From the NCBI GenBank assembly GCA_013003395.1, contig JABDJC010000048.1, forward strand, positions 2,615 through 66,614: a DNA stretch of 64,000 bases, given 5' to 3'. Under the pieces are notes generated by a model, which was not told where the DNA came from, ran no database searches, and was given only the letters and a program-made list of their open reading frames with translations. This document shows, piece by piece, positions 56,267 to 64,000 of this stretch. The stretch's first letter is position 1. Each line of letters opens with the position of its first letter. This stretch comes from Acidimicrobiia bacterium. GTDB lineage: Bacteria > Actinomycetota > Acidimicrobiia > Spongiisociales > UBA5794. Both the position numbers and the translations under genes were made by a program.

Positions 56267-58338
56267 CCACACAGGAACCGAGCGCAGCAACAACAACCCA
56301 CGACCGCCCCGCGGCACTCGAGATCGAAAACCTCGAGATGGCCTACGTCGTGCGAGGCACTCCTCGAGCAGTGCTTCGTGGTGTGTCGTTCGAGGTGCGT
56401 CCAGGCGAGGCCTACGGCCTGGTCGGCGAGAGCGGCTGCGGTAAGTCGACCACGGCGTACGCCGCATTGCGCTACCTGCCGTCGAACGGACTCATCACCA
56501 ACGGGACGATCTCCGTCGACGGCCGTGACCTGACGAAGATGTCGGGCAAGGAGTTGCGCGAATTCCGAGCCCGCCGCGCATCGATGGTCTACCAGGATCC
56601 GGTGCAAGCGGTGAACCCTGTATTGAAGATCGGACGGCAGGTAGCGGAAGCCTTCGAGATCCTCGGCCATTCCAAGTCGGAATCGAAAGACCTCGCCCAC
56701 GATGCACTCAAGCGGGTGCACATCGCCGATCCCGTCAGCGTGCTGGACCGATACCCGCATCAGTTGTCGGGTGGCATGTTGCAGCGAGTCGTCATCGCCA
56801 TGGCTCTGGCCTCCGATCCTGCGCTGCTGGTACTGGACGAGCCGACAACTGGACTGGACGCCACGGTCGAGGCCGAGGTACTCGATCTTGTTCGTGAGCT
56901 GCGCGACGACATCGGCGCAGCCATCCTCCTGATCGCCCACAACCTCGGAGTCATCAGAACGATGTGCGACCGAGTTGGCGTCATGTACGCCGGACGCATG
57001 GTGGAGGAAGGCACTGTCGAGGAGGTGTTCGACAACCCGAGCCATCCCTACACCGTCGGACTGCTCAACTCGATTCCTCGCCACGGTGCACGAAAGACCG
57101 ACCACGCCTTGTTCACCATCCCCGGGAGCCTTCCGCAGATCGGCGATCCACTGCCCGCTTGCGTGTACGTCGCCCGCTGTCCCCTGGCCACCGAGAAGTG
57201 TGCGACGGAAAACCCACCCATCGTCGCCCGAAGTGGCAACCACTGGACGCGGTGTCATTACCCCGACCGGATCGACGAGATTCCGAAGCCCGACCACATC
57301 GCCACGGAGCACACCATCGGGGACGTCGAGATCATCGGCGTCGAGAACGTCTCCAAGACGTTTCATCAGCGTTCCGGTGACGTGCCTGCGCTTGTCGGCG
57401 TGGACCTCGGGTTCGCCGAAGGCGAGACCCTCGGACTGGTCGGTGAGTCTGGTTCTGGCAAATCGACTCTGGCCAAAACCATGCTCGGTGTGCACGAACC
57501 AGATGAGGGTGGCGAGATCACGCTGCGCGGCAAGCCAATGGCGACCAAGGCCACCGATCGTCGAACCGAGTCGATCCGGGCGATCCAGATGGTCTTCCAG
57601 AACCCCGACTCTGCACTCAACCGGTCGTGGACCGTGCGCAGGATCCTCACCCGAGCCGTCTCCAAGCTGACCGGCAAGTCAGGCGATGAAGCCGACGCAC
57701 AGGCGGTCGAGGTCGCTCACGCCATGCAGCTGTCCGATCGCCACCTCGACATGCGCCCTCGCCAGCTCTCGGGTGGACTGAAACAACGAGTGGCGATCGC
57801 AAGAGCGTTCGCCGGCGATCCTGACGTGGTCGTCGCAGACGAGCCGACATCCGCACTCGACGTGTCGGTGCAGGCTGCCATCTTGAATCTGCTTGCCACC
57901 CTGCAACGCGACATTCGCACGAGCTACCTGTTCATCACTCACGACATCGGAGTGGTCCGGTACCTCGCCGACCGGATCGCGGTGATGTACGTCGGACGAG
58001 TCATGGAGCTCGGTCCGACCGACGCCATGTTCGACGGGCCCAATCATCCCTATACCGAAGCGCTGTTGTCTGCGGTGCCCAGTGTCGACGGTGAGGCCGA
58101 GAATCGTATTCCGCTCAAGGGCGAGATCCCCTCACCGAAGGATCCGCCCTCCGGGTGCGTGTTCCACACGAGGTGCCATCGCTTCATCGAGGGAACGTGC
58201 GATGTGATCGAGCCTCCGGTCGTAGAGGTCTCACCCGGACACACCATCGTGTGTCACATCCCGCCTGCCGAGCTGCTGGAACTGCAGAAGATCCCTTGGG
58301 TCGACCACTCGGTGCCGGATGCCGAGCTTTCCGACTGA
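56263..58338 (+). CDS. fused double ATP-binding-cassette ATPase (DppD-DppF-like)
   Basis: The ATG at 56263 overlaps the upstream stop (ATGA). There are two complete sets of Walker A (GESGCGKST, GESGSGKST), signature (LSGGMLQR, LSGGLKQR) and Walker B (LLVLDEPT, VVVADEPT) motifs. Confidence 0.85.
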   Translation: MTTQEPSAATTTHDRPAALEIENLEMAYVVRGTPRAVLRGVSFEVRPGEAYGLVGESGCGKSTTAYAALRYLPSNGLITNGTISVDGRDLTKMSGKELREFRARRASMVYQDPVQAVNPVLKIGRQVAEAFEILGHSKSESKDLAHDALKRVHIADPVSVLDRYPHQLSGGMLQRVVIAMALASDPALLVLDEPTTGLDATVEAEVLDLVRELRDDIGAAILLIAHNLGVIRTMCDRVGVMYAGRMVEEGTVEEVFDNPSHPYTVGLLNSIPRHGARKTDHALFTIPGSLPQIGDPLPACVYVARCPLATEKCATENPPIVARSGNHWTRCHYPDRIDEIPKPDHIATEHTIGDVEIIGVENVSKTFHQRSGDVPALVGVDLGFAEGETLGLVGESGSGKSTLAKTMLGVHEPDEGGEITLRGKPMATKATDRRTESIRAIQMVFQNPDSALNRSWTVRRILTRAVSKLTGKSGDEADAQAVEVAHAMQLSDRHLDMRPRQLSGGLKQRVAIARAFAGDPDVVVADEPTSALDVSVQAAILNLLATLQRDIRTSYLFITHDIGVVRYLADRIAVMYVGRVMELGPTDAMFDGPNHPYTEALLSAVPSVDGEAENRIPLKGEIPSPKDPPSGCVFHTRCHRFIEGTCDVIEPPVVEVSPGHTIVCHIPPAELLELQKIPWVDHSVPDAELSD

Positions 58339-58340
58339 CG

Positions 58341-59318
58341 TCAAGTCGAAGCCGACGCCTCCAATTCGAGGCCGACGTCGATCTCGGCTCCCAGCAGCAC
58401 GACCAGCGCCGACACGTAGATCCACAGCAACAACACGATCACGCCGCCCAGCGCACCGTACGTCTCGTTGTACGACGCGAAGTTGGACACGTAGAAGCTG
58501 AGGCCCAGGGACGCCAGCAGCCACAACACCGTGGCGGACACCGCCCCGATGGTTATCCAACGCCACTTGGCTGTCCGGTTCGGCGCAAAGCGGTAGAGCA
58601 CTCCCAGCCCGACGATCATCGCCAGACCGAGTCCGGGCCAGCGCAGCCACAGCACGGCGGATCCCGCGCCTTCGGAGAAGCCTGCGCTCTCTATCAGGGG
58701 CGGCAAGATGGTGATGACGAACGCCGCCGTGATCACAAACAGCACGATGCCGACAGTGAGGCCCATGGCGAGCAACCGCACCTTGACGAAACTGCGAGTT
58801 TCCGTCGCATCGTGAATCCGGTTGACTGCCTTCACGAGTGCCGCAACCCCTGACGACGCAGTCCACAACGCAGCGAGAATGGAGAGGGCGAAGCCTATCC
58901 CGAGACCGGCGCCCGAACCGCCGACGATCTCCGCGAGTTGCTCGCCTACCAGGTCTGCGGCGCTCTCGGGCAGCACCGAAGCGACCATGTCGATCTGCTG
59001 TTCGATCTCAGCCGGATCAGAGATCAAGCCGTACAGCGAGACGGTGGCGATCAGTGCGGGAAACAGGGAGAGCAGGCCGTAGTAGGTCATGGCGGCGGCA
59101 TGGGTCGTGATGTTGTCGTGTTTGAACTGCGTCCGCACGTAATCGGCCACCCTGCGCCACGTCGGCACGGCGTTGGCCTCCAACGATGGAGCGACCCCAG
59201 CCGGACGGGGCACAGCGGGAACCGCGAGCATCGGATCCTCTCGGCGCTTCCCCAGTACCGATCGCCCTGCCGCCAGGAACACGACAACGCCCGCCAGGAG
59301 ATCGATCAACTTGCTCAT
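58341..59318 (-). CDS. yihY: YihY/BrkB-family inner membrane protein
   Basis: HAAAMTYYGLLSLFPALIATVSLYGL...6 TM helices typical of YihY. Confidence 0.75.
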   Translation of the reverse strand: MSKLIDLLAGVVVFLAAGRSVLGKRREDPMLAVPAVPRPAGVAPSLEANAVPTWRRVADYVRTQFKHDNITTHAAAMTYYGLLSLFPALIATVSLYGLISDPAEIEQQIDMVASVLPESAADLVGEQLAEIVGGSGAGLGIGFALSILAALWTASSGVAALVKAVNRIHDATETRSFVKVRLLAMGLTVGIVLFVITAAFVITILPPLIESAGFSEGAGSAVLWLRWPGLGLAMIVGLGVLYRFAPNRTAKWRWITIGAVSATVLWLLASLGLSFYVSNFASYNETYGALGGVIVLLLWIYVSALVVLLGAEIDVGLELEASAST

Positions 59319-59324
59319 CTGTAC

Positions 59325-60134
59325 TCAACTCGCCTTCAACTCGTATGTCAGATCGATCACCAGCGGCGCGTGGTCGGAGGGCTTGGCCTCCCGCACCTTC
59401 GATGGCTTTCGGAACGATCGATCCACCCATACCCGCTCGACCTCGGTCGAAAACCCTGGACTGAGCAGGGCGTGGTCGATTCGCAGTCCAAAGCCCTTGT
59501 GAAAGTGGCCGGCGCGGTAGTCCCACCATGTGAATCCGGGCTCGTCGGGATACATGCTGCGATAGGCGTCGACGTAGCCCCGATCGACGACCTTGGCGAG
59601 CCGCTCCCGCTCCTCTGGGGTGATGTGAGTTCCGCCATGAATGTCGGGGACGCTCCAGACATCGAGGTCGGAGGGACAGACGTTCATGTCACCACAGATG
59701 ATCACCGGCTCGTGGGCGAGCGCGGCGGCCCGGTCGGACATGGCGTCTAGGAAGGCGAGCTTGTCGAGGAACGCTGCGGAGCCGATCGCCTGGCCGTTCG
59801 GCACGTAGACACTGACGACACGCACCCCAGACACGATGGCTTCGATCCAGCGTGCCTGGTCGGGTTGCGCCTCGCCTTCCAGGCCGAGGACCGTCCCCGT
59901 GACCGGCAACTCCTGCCGCGCAAGCACCGCAACACCCTCCCATCGGCCCCCGGAATGATCGACTGCGGCGTAGCCCGCCGCTTCGAGCGCGTCGTGCGGA
60001 AACTGCTCTGTCGTGGACTTGGTCTCCTGCAGACACACGACGTCGGGGCGGTGTTCTTCCAGAAGCACCATCAGCCGGGGCAGTCGGGCTCGGAGCGAGT
60101 TCACGTTGTAGGTGATGACACGCACAGCCATCAT
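59325..60134 (-). CDS. xthA: exodeoxyribonuclease III (AP endonuclease, EEP family)
   Basis: VITYNVNSLRARL...VVCLQETK...IDHALLSPG. The start is taken at ATG about 60134, inside the longer track ORF. Confidence 0.8.
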   Translation of the reverse strand: MMAVRVITYNVNSLRARLPRLMVLLEEHRPDVVCLQETKSTTEQFPHDALEAAGYAAVDHSGGRWEGVAVLARQELPVTGTVLGLEGEAQPDQARWIEAIVSGVRVVSVYVPNGQAIGSAAFLDKLAFLDAMSDRAAALAHEPVIICGDMNVCPSDLDVWSVPDIHGGTHITPEERERLAKVVDRGYVDAYRSMYPDEPGFTWWDYRAGHFHKGFGLRIDHALLSPGFSTEVERVWVDRSFRKPSKVREAKPSDHAPLVIDLTYELKAS

Positions 60135-60162
60135 CGTAGGGGTCGACGTTCGGCTCGATGCG

Positions 60163-61479
60163 TCAGGAGCTGGACTCCGAAGTATGGGCACCGCCGCGAG
60201 ACTTGCGGGCGATCAAGTCGACCTGGGTGAGCCGGTGGCCGTCCATTGCTCGCACTTGCAGTATCCATTCGTCGAGGGCGACGCGATCGCCGATCTTGGG
60301 AATGACCCCGATGCGCTCCAGGAGCAGTCCGGCAATCGTCTCGTAGTCGCCCTCGGGGAGCCTGATGCCGATCGCGCGCTCGATTTCGTCCGGTCGCAGC
60401 GAGGCGTCGATGGCGTAGCGATTGGCCGATAGCTGGCGAACTCCGTCCAGTTCGGTGTCGTGCTCGTCCCTGATCTCGCCGACCACCTCTTCGACGATGT
60501 CCTCCAGGGTCACGATCCCGGCAGTGCCTCCGTGTTCGTCCACCACAAGGACGAGGTGATTGCGATGCTCGCGCATCCGTTCCAAGAGATCGCCGACACC
60601 GATCGATTCCGGTACGGCCAGTAAGGGCCGGATGACGTCTGATGGCAGGCGATGCGCTGCCTCATCGCCCTCGAAGCCGAGCAGGTCCTTGGCGTGTACG
60701 AAGCCTTTGATGTCGTCCATCGTCTCGCCATAGACGGGCAGTCGCGAATACCCACTCTCGATTACGACGACTTCGATGTCCTCGACCGTCGATGTGTGGG
60801 CCACGGCCACCATGTCGATCCGCGGCACCATCACGTCTTCGGCTCGCAGGTCCCAGAGGTCGATCGCTCCGGTCAGCAAGCGGTGGGCAAAGTCCTCGAC
60901 GACGCCCTCTCGCCGTCCGGCGGTGATGAGGGTCGCGAGGTCATCGGCCGTATGCGCCTCTTTGGCGTCAGTCGGGTCGATCCCGACCATGCGCAGCATG
61001 ACGTTGGCGATGCCGTTGAGGAAGCCGATGACCGGCCGGAACACCGTCGAATAGGCACGGAACGGAATGGCCATGAGCAGCGACGATCGTTCGGGCGCCG
61101 CGATCGCGATGTTCTTCGGCCCCATCTCCCCGACGACCATGTGGAGGAACACGACGATGAGGAGCGACACGATCAGCGCGATCGTGTGCAGCGCATCGTC
61201 TGACAGCGTCACGAACGAGCCGAGAAGTCCCTCGATGATCGAAGCGACAGCGGGCTCGGCTACGGCTCCGAGCAGGAGGGACGCAATGGTGATGCCCAGC
61301 TGGGCTCCCGCCAGCGAGAACGAGAGTTCGTCGATTGCCTTGACGGCGGATCGTGCCGATCTGCTGGTCATCGCGGAGAGTTGATGCTTGCTCGCTGCGG
61401 TGAATGCGAACTCGGCGGCGACGAAGAAGCCGTTCAGCACCAGCAAGGCGACCATCGCCAGCAGAGGACCGACGCTCAT
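60163..61479 (-). CDS. corC: HlyC/CorC-family (CNNM) transporter: DUF21 TM domain, CBS pair and CorC_HlyC domain
   Basis: LVLNGFFVAAEFAFTAASK (DUF21 start). CBS pair. C-terminal transporter-associated domain. There is a 4-nt overlap with the upstream paralog. Confidence 0.8.
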   Translation of the reverse strand: MSVGPLLAMVALLVLNGFFVAAEFAFTAASKHQLSAMTSRSARSAVKAIDELSFSLAGAQLGITIASLLLGAVAEPAVASIIEGLLGSFVTLSDDALHTIALIVSLLIVVFLHMVVGEMGPKNIAIAAPERSSLLMAIPFRAYSTVFRPVIGFLNGIANVMLRMVGIDPTDAKEAHTADDLATLITAGRREGVVEDFAHRLLTGAIDLWDLRAEDVMVPRIDMVAVAHTSTVEDIEVVVIESGYSRLPVYGETMDDIKGFVHAKDLLGFEGDEAAHRLPSDVIRPLLAVPESIGVGDLLERMREHRNHLVLVVDEHGGTAGIVTLEDIVEEVVGEIRDEHDTELDGVRQLSANRYAIDASLRPDEIERAIGIRLPEGDYETIAGLLLERIGVIPKIGDRVALDEWILQVRAMDGHRLTQVDLIARKSRGGAHTSESSS

Positions 61480-62687
61480 GACGCTTCCTCGTCATCGGAT
61501 TCGGTCCGGCGGACCGTCAGCGATTCGGCAACGTGATCGTTCACCGCGACCACCTCGATGCGATAGGCCCCTTCGACGACCACGTCGCCGACCTCGGGGA
61601 AGCGTTCGAGTCTGTCGGTGACGAACCCGCTGAAGGTCTCGAACGGCCCTTCTTCCCACTCGAATCCTGTGCGCTCTGCCACCTCGCGTCGATGCAGGCT
61701 GCCGCTGATCAGGTTGCCGTCGTCTGCCGTCTGTGGAGTGTCGTACTCATCTTCGATCTCGCCGAGGATCTCCTCGACGATGTCCTCGACGGTCACGATG
61801 CCTGCGGTGCCTCCGTACTCGTCGGCGACGACTGCCATCGACCTTCGATCGGCCTGGAGTTCAACGAGCAACGTGTCCAACCGCACCGACTCCGGAACGA
61901 TCCGGGCGTCCACGGCAATGTGACTGACCGGGGTGGTGGCGCGATCTGCCGGGTGAACGCCGAAGGTGTCCTTGACATGGGCGATCCCCTCGATGCGATC
62001 CAGATCGCCCTGATACACGGGGAACCGGGAATGGCCGGTCTCGATCGACAGACGGCGGAGATCGAGCACGCTGGCATCTGCGCTGATGCCGACGACGCTC
62101 ACACGAGGCACCATCGCCTCGGCCGCGTCACGGTCACCGAAGCCGATCGCCCTGGTCAGCAGCGATGTCTCGTTGTCGTCGAGCACGCCGTCGTCAGACG
62201 ACGCGCGGATGATCATCTCGAGCTCCTGGAGCGACCGAAGGCCGGTGAGTTCGCTGCGCGGCTCGATACCGAAACGCCGGACGGTCCAATCGGCTGCGGC
62301 GTTCAAGAAGACGATGACCGGACGCAGCAGCCGGTTGACCGTAGCCATGGGCAGCCCGACCCGAACCGCTGTCGGGTACGGCCGGGCGATGGCCACGTTT
62401 TTTGGAAACAGCTCGCCGAAGACCATCTGGATGGTGGTGGCCAGCACGAGCGACATCGCCACGGCAACGCCGAGCGAGCTGATGCCGAGGCGTTCCAAGA
62501 GCGGTCCGATGAGCTTGGCGATCGTGTCTTCGGCGACGAATCCGATGATGAGCGACGTGACCGTTATGCCGAGCTGCGCACCGGACAACTCGAATGAGAG
62601 GTCGCGGACCCGCGACAGCACTCGCTTGGCCCGCTTGTCGCCCTGGTCGGCGAGCGACTCCACTCGGCTCCGATTGACGGCGACCAA
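61476..62687 (-). CDS. second HlyC/CorC-family (CNNM) transporter paralog; the N-terminus probably extends to about 62765 with a non-canonical start
   Basis: The same domain layout as corC. The in-frame upstream translation reads IELWLGIGIVVLLIAINGFFVAGEFALVAVNRS, the canonical DUF21 first helix. No ATG, GTG or TTG in that frame precedes it before a stop at 62853-62855. Candidate starts are ATA, ATC or CTT codons. Confidence 0.7.
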   Translation of the reverse strand: MVAVNRSRVESLADQGDKRAKRVLSRVRDLSFELSGAQLGITVTSLIIGFVAEDTIAKLIGPLLERLGISSLGVAVAMSLVLATTIQMVFGELFPKNVAIARPYPTAVRVGLPMATVNRLLRPVIVFLNAAADWTVRRFGIEPRSELTGLRSLQELEMIIRASSDDGVLDDNETSLLTRAIGFGDRDAAEAMVPRVSVVGISADASVLDLRRLSIETGHSRFPVYQGDLDRIEGIAHVKDTFGVHPADRATTPVSHIAVDARIVPESVRLDTLLVELQADRRSMAVVADEYGGTAGIVTVEDIVEEILGEIEDEYDTPQTADDGNLISGSLHRREVAERTGFEWEEGPFETFSGFVTDRLERFPEVGDVVVEGAYRIEVVAVNDHVAESLTVRRTESDDEEAS

Positions 62688-62838
62688 TGCGAATTCGCCG
62701 GCAACGAAGAAGCCGTTGATGGCGATGAGCAGTACGACGATGCCGATTCCGAGCCAAAGCTCTATTGGGGGCCTCCAGGGACGGGACCGATACGATACTG
62801 CTGCGCAACCCGCTCGAACTGCACTGGCGACATCGAGG

Positions 62839-64000
62839 TCACAAGACGTCCTTCAAGTCGGTGAGCACCACTACCTCGCCATGGAGCGATTTGTGCACCG
62901 GGCAGCGATCGGCGATTGCCAGAAGCCTCGAGCGCTGGTCGTCGTCCAGATCGCCCTCCAGAAGGATCGATCGCTCGATCCGATCCACGGTTCCCGATTC
63001 GGACTCGCACTCGGCACAGTCTCGGGCGTGAACCTTGCGGTGGGACAGACGCACCGTCACGGCGTCGAGGGGCCACTGTTTGCGGTCTGCATACATGCGC
63101 AGCGTGATCGAGGTGCAGCTCCCGAGCGCCGTGAGCAGGTAGTCGTAGGGAGTCGGGCCCGTGTTCGTGCCACCTACCGAAGCCGGCTCGTCCACGGTGA
63201 GCGGGAAGCCGTTGGAGATCACCTCGGTGCGAAAACCCGACTCGGTGCGCACGGTCGTCACACTGGCAGGGGCGTCTGCAATGAAGTCGGGTTGGGAATG
63301 GTCTCGCAAGTCGACGCTCAGATACCGCTCGACCCAAGATGCGACCACCTCGGCTACGTAGCGGGCGTCCTTCTCTTCCATCACGAGGTGATCGGCGTCG
63401 TCGAGAGATATGAAGCTCTTGGGATGCCGGGCCCATTCGAAGATCGTCGCCGCGTTTTCCACTCCGACCGTCATATCGATCGGTGAGTGGAGAACCAGTA
63501 GTGGCTTGCCGAGCGTCGCGACCGCAGTGGCGGCGTCGAACCGGTCGACGTCGTCGACGAACTGCTGGGTGATCGTGAACTCGCGGCCGGCGAGGAGCAC
63601 GTTGGCGCTCCCTGCTTGCTCGATCCGCTCGAGATCGGACACGAGATGGCGCTTGACGTGATCCGGATCGGCCGGGGCGCCGATGGTGACGACAGCGCGC
63701 ACAGACTCGAGGGAGCCGGCCACCGCCAACGCAGCAGTGCCGCCCAGCGAGTGCCCGACCACGAGCTCTGGCGCCAGGTACTTCTCCGACAGAAAGTTGC
63801 TGGCAGCCTCGAGATCGCTCACCGTGGTGGAGAAGTTCGTTTGCGAGAAGTCACCGCTGCTCTCACCGAGACCGGTGAAGTCGAATCGCAATGTTGCGAT
63901 CCCATGGTGGGCCAGCGTACGGGTGATGTGCCCGATGGCCCTGAGGTTCTTGGAGCACGTGAAACAGTGGGCGTAGAGGGCATAGGCGACAGGGTTGCCG
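62839..64000 (-). CDS. bifunctional alpha/beta-hydrolase - OsmC/Ohr-family protein; the 5' end lies beyond the window
   Basis: The frame is open to the window end (...AYALYAHCFTCSKNLRAIGHITRTLAHHGIATLRFDFTGLGESSGDF). Nucleophile elbow GHSLGG. C-terminal OsmC-like domain TALGSCTSITLRMYADRKQW...ADRCPVHKSLHG. Confidence 0.7.
   Translation of the reverse strand, partial: GNPVAYALYAHCFTCSKNLRAIGHITRTLAHHGIATLRFDFTGLGESSGDFSQTNFSTTVSDLEAASNFLSEKYLAPELVVGHSLGGTAALAVAGSLESVRAVVTIGAPADPDHVKRHLVSDLERIEQAGSANVLLAGREFTITQQFVDDVDRFDAATAVATLGKPLLVLHSPIDMTVGVENAATIFEWARHPKSFISLDDADHLVMEEKDARYVAEVVASWVERYLSVDLRDHSQPDFIADAPASVTTVRTESGFRTEVISNGFPLTVDEPASVGGTNTGPTPYDYLLTALGSCTSITLRMYADRKQWPLDAVTVRLSHRKVHARDCAECESESGTVDRIERSILLEGDLDDDQRSRLLAIADRCPVHKSLHGEVVVLTDLKDVL

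Noticed and set aside
62086-63486. 466-aa plus-strand ORF
   Set aside because: It is antisense to the CorC paralog and the hydrolase-OsmC gene.
1-64000. Search for tRNA/rRNA genes, CRISPR arrays, transposase or integrase genes, and prophage genes
   Set aside because: No T-arm (GGTTCGAATCC-like) or cloverleaf candidates were seen. No repeat-spacer periodicity was seen. No DDE/tyrosine-recombinase-like ORFs were seen. The lower-GC stretches are limited to two intergenic regions (3146..3806 and about 54230..54350).

Overview
This 64-kb window is high-GC (about 65-70%) and compactly coded. It looks like an actinobacterial chromosome segment, possibly Acidimicrobiia-like; that is an inference from gene content and frequent ATGA/GTGA/TGATG start-stop overlaps, not a database result. 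I call about 58 protein-coding genes, almost all core or accessory metabolism and envelope functions. No tRNA or rRNA genes, CRISPR array, transposase or integrase, or prophage genes were found. All long antisense ORFs in the track are high-GC artefacts. The most interesting observations are listed below.

Gene content in order:
- Two tandem membrane HD-GYP-type phosphohydrolases.
- A gamma-glutamyltranspeptidase gene (ggt) with a coupled unknown gene and a secreted transglycosylase-like protein.
- rlmN, galU and tal.
- A ugpAE-ugpB-glpQ-like glycerophosphodiester uptake locus with no ATPase gene, followed by a large FG-GAP/ASPIC lipoprotein.
- An SDR/aldehyde dehydrogenase/thioesterase catabolic trio.
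- metY.
- A serA-serC-DUF1015 operon.
- mobA-fdhD.
- Glycerate kinase.
- A lipid module: fabH, an acyl-CoA synthetase coupled to a GNAT-HIT fusion, and a crotonase.
- A photolyase.
- An ECF sigma/anti-sigma/cupredoxin/DUF3105/OmpA envelope cluster.
- An orphan 2-oxoacid dehydrogenase E2 gene behind an unusual receiver-like/thioredoxin-reductase-like fusion.
- A B12-binding domain protein.
- A TetR-controlled proline dehydrogenase-pruA operon next to a Dpp/Opp-type peptide ABC transporter.
- yihY.
- xthA.
- Two tandem CorC/HlyC (CNNM) transporters.
- A bifunctional alpha/beta-hydrolase-OsmC protein running off the window end.

Most interesting observations:
- A peroxiredoxin-like thioredoxin-fold gene (29332..30021, minus strand) has an in-frame TGA exactly where the first cysteine of a W-C-P-Y-C redox motif should be. 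A fdhF-type hairpin with a GGUC apical loop follows immediately downstream. This makes it a candidate selenoprotein (U-x-x-C) that ORF finders split.
- A receiver-like / Trx-like / Cys-less TrxR-like fusion lies upstream of a lone lipoyl E2 gene.
- A GNAT-HIT fusion is translationally coupled to an AMP-forming acyl-CoA synthetase.
- A possible SAM-responsive leader lies upstream of metY.
- There is an unusually long (660 bp), lower-GC noncoding region at 3146..3806.
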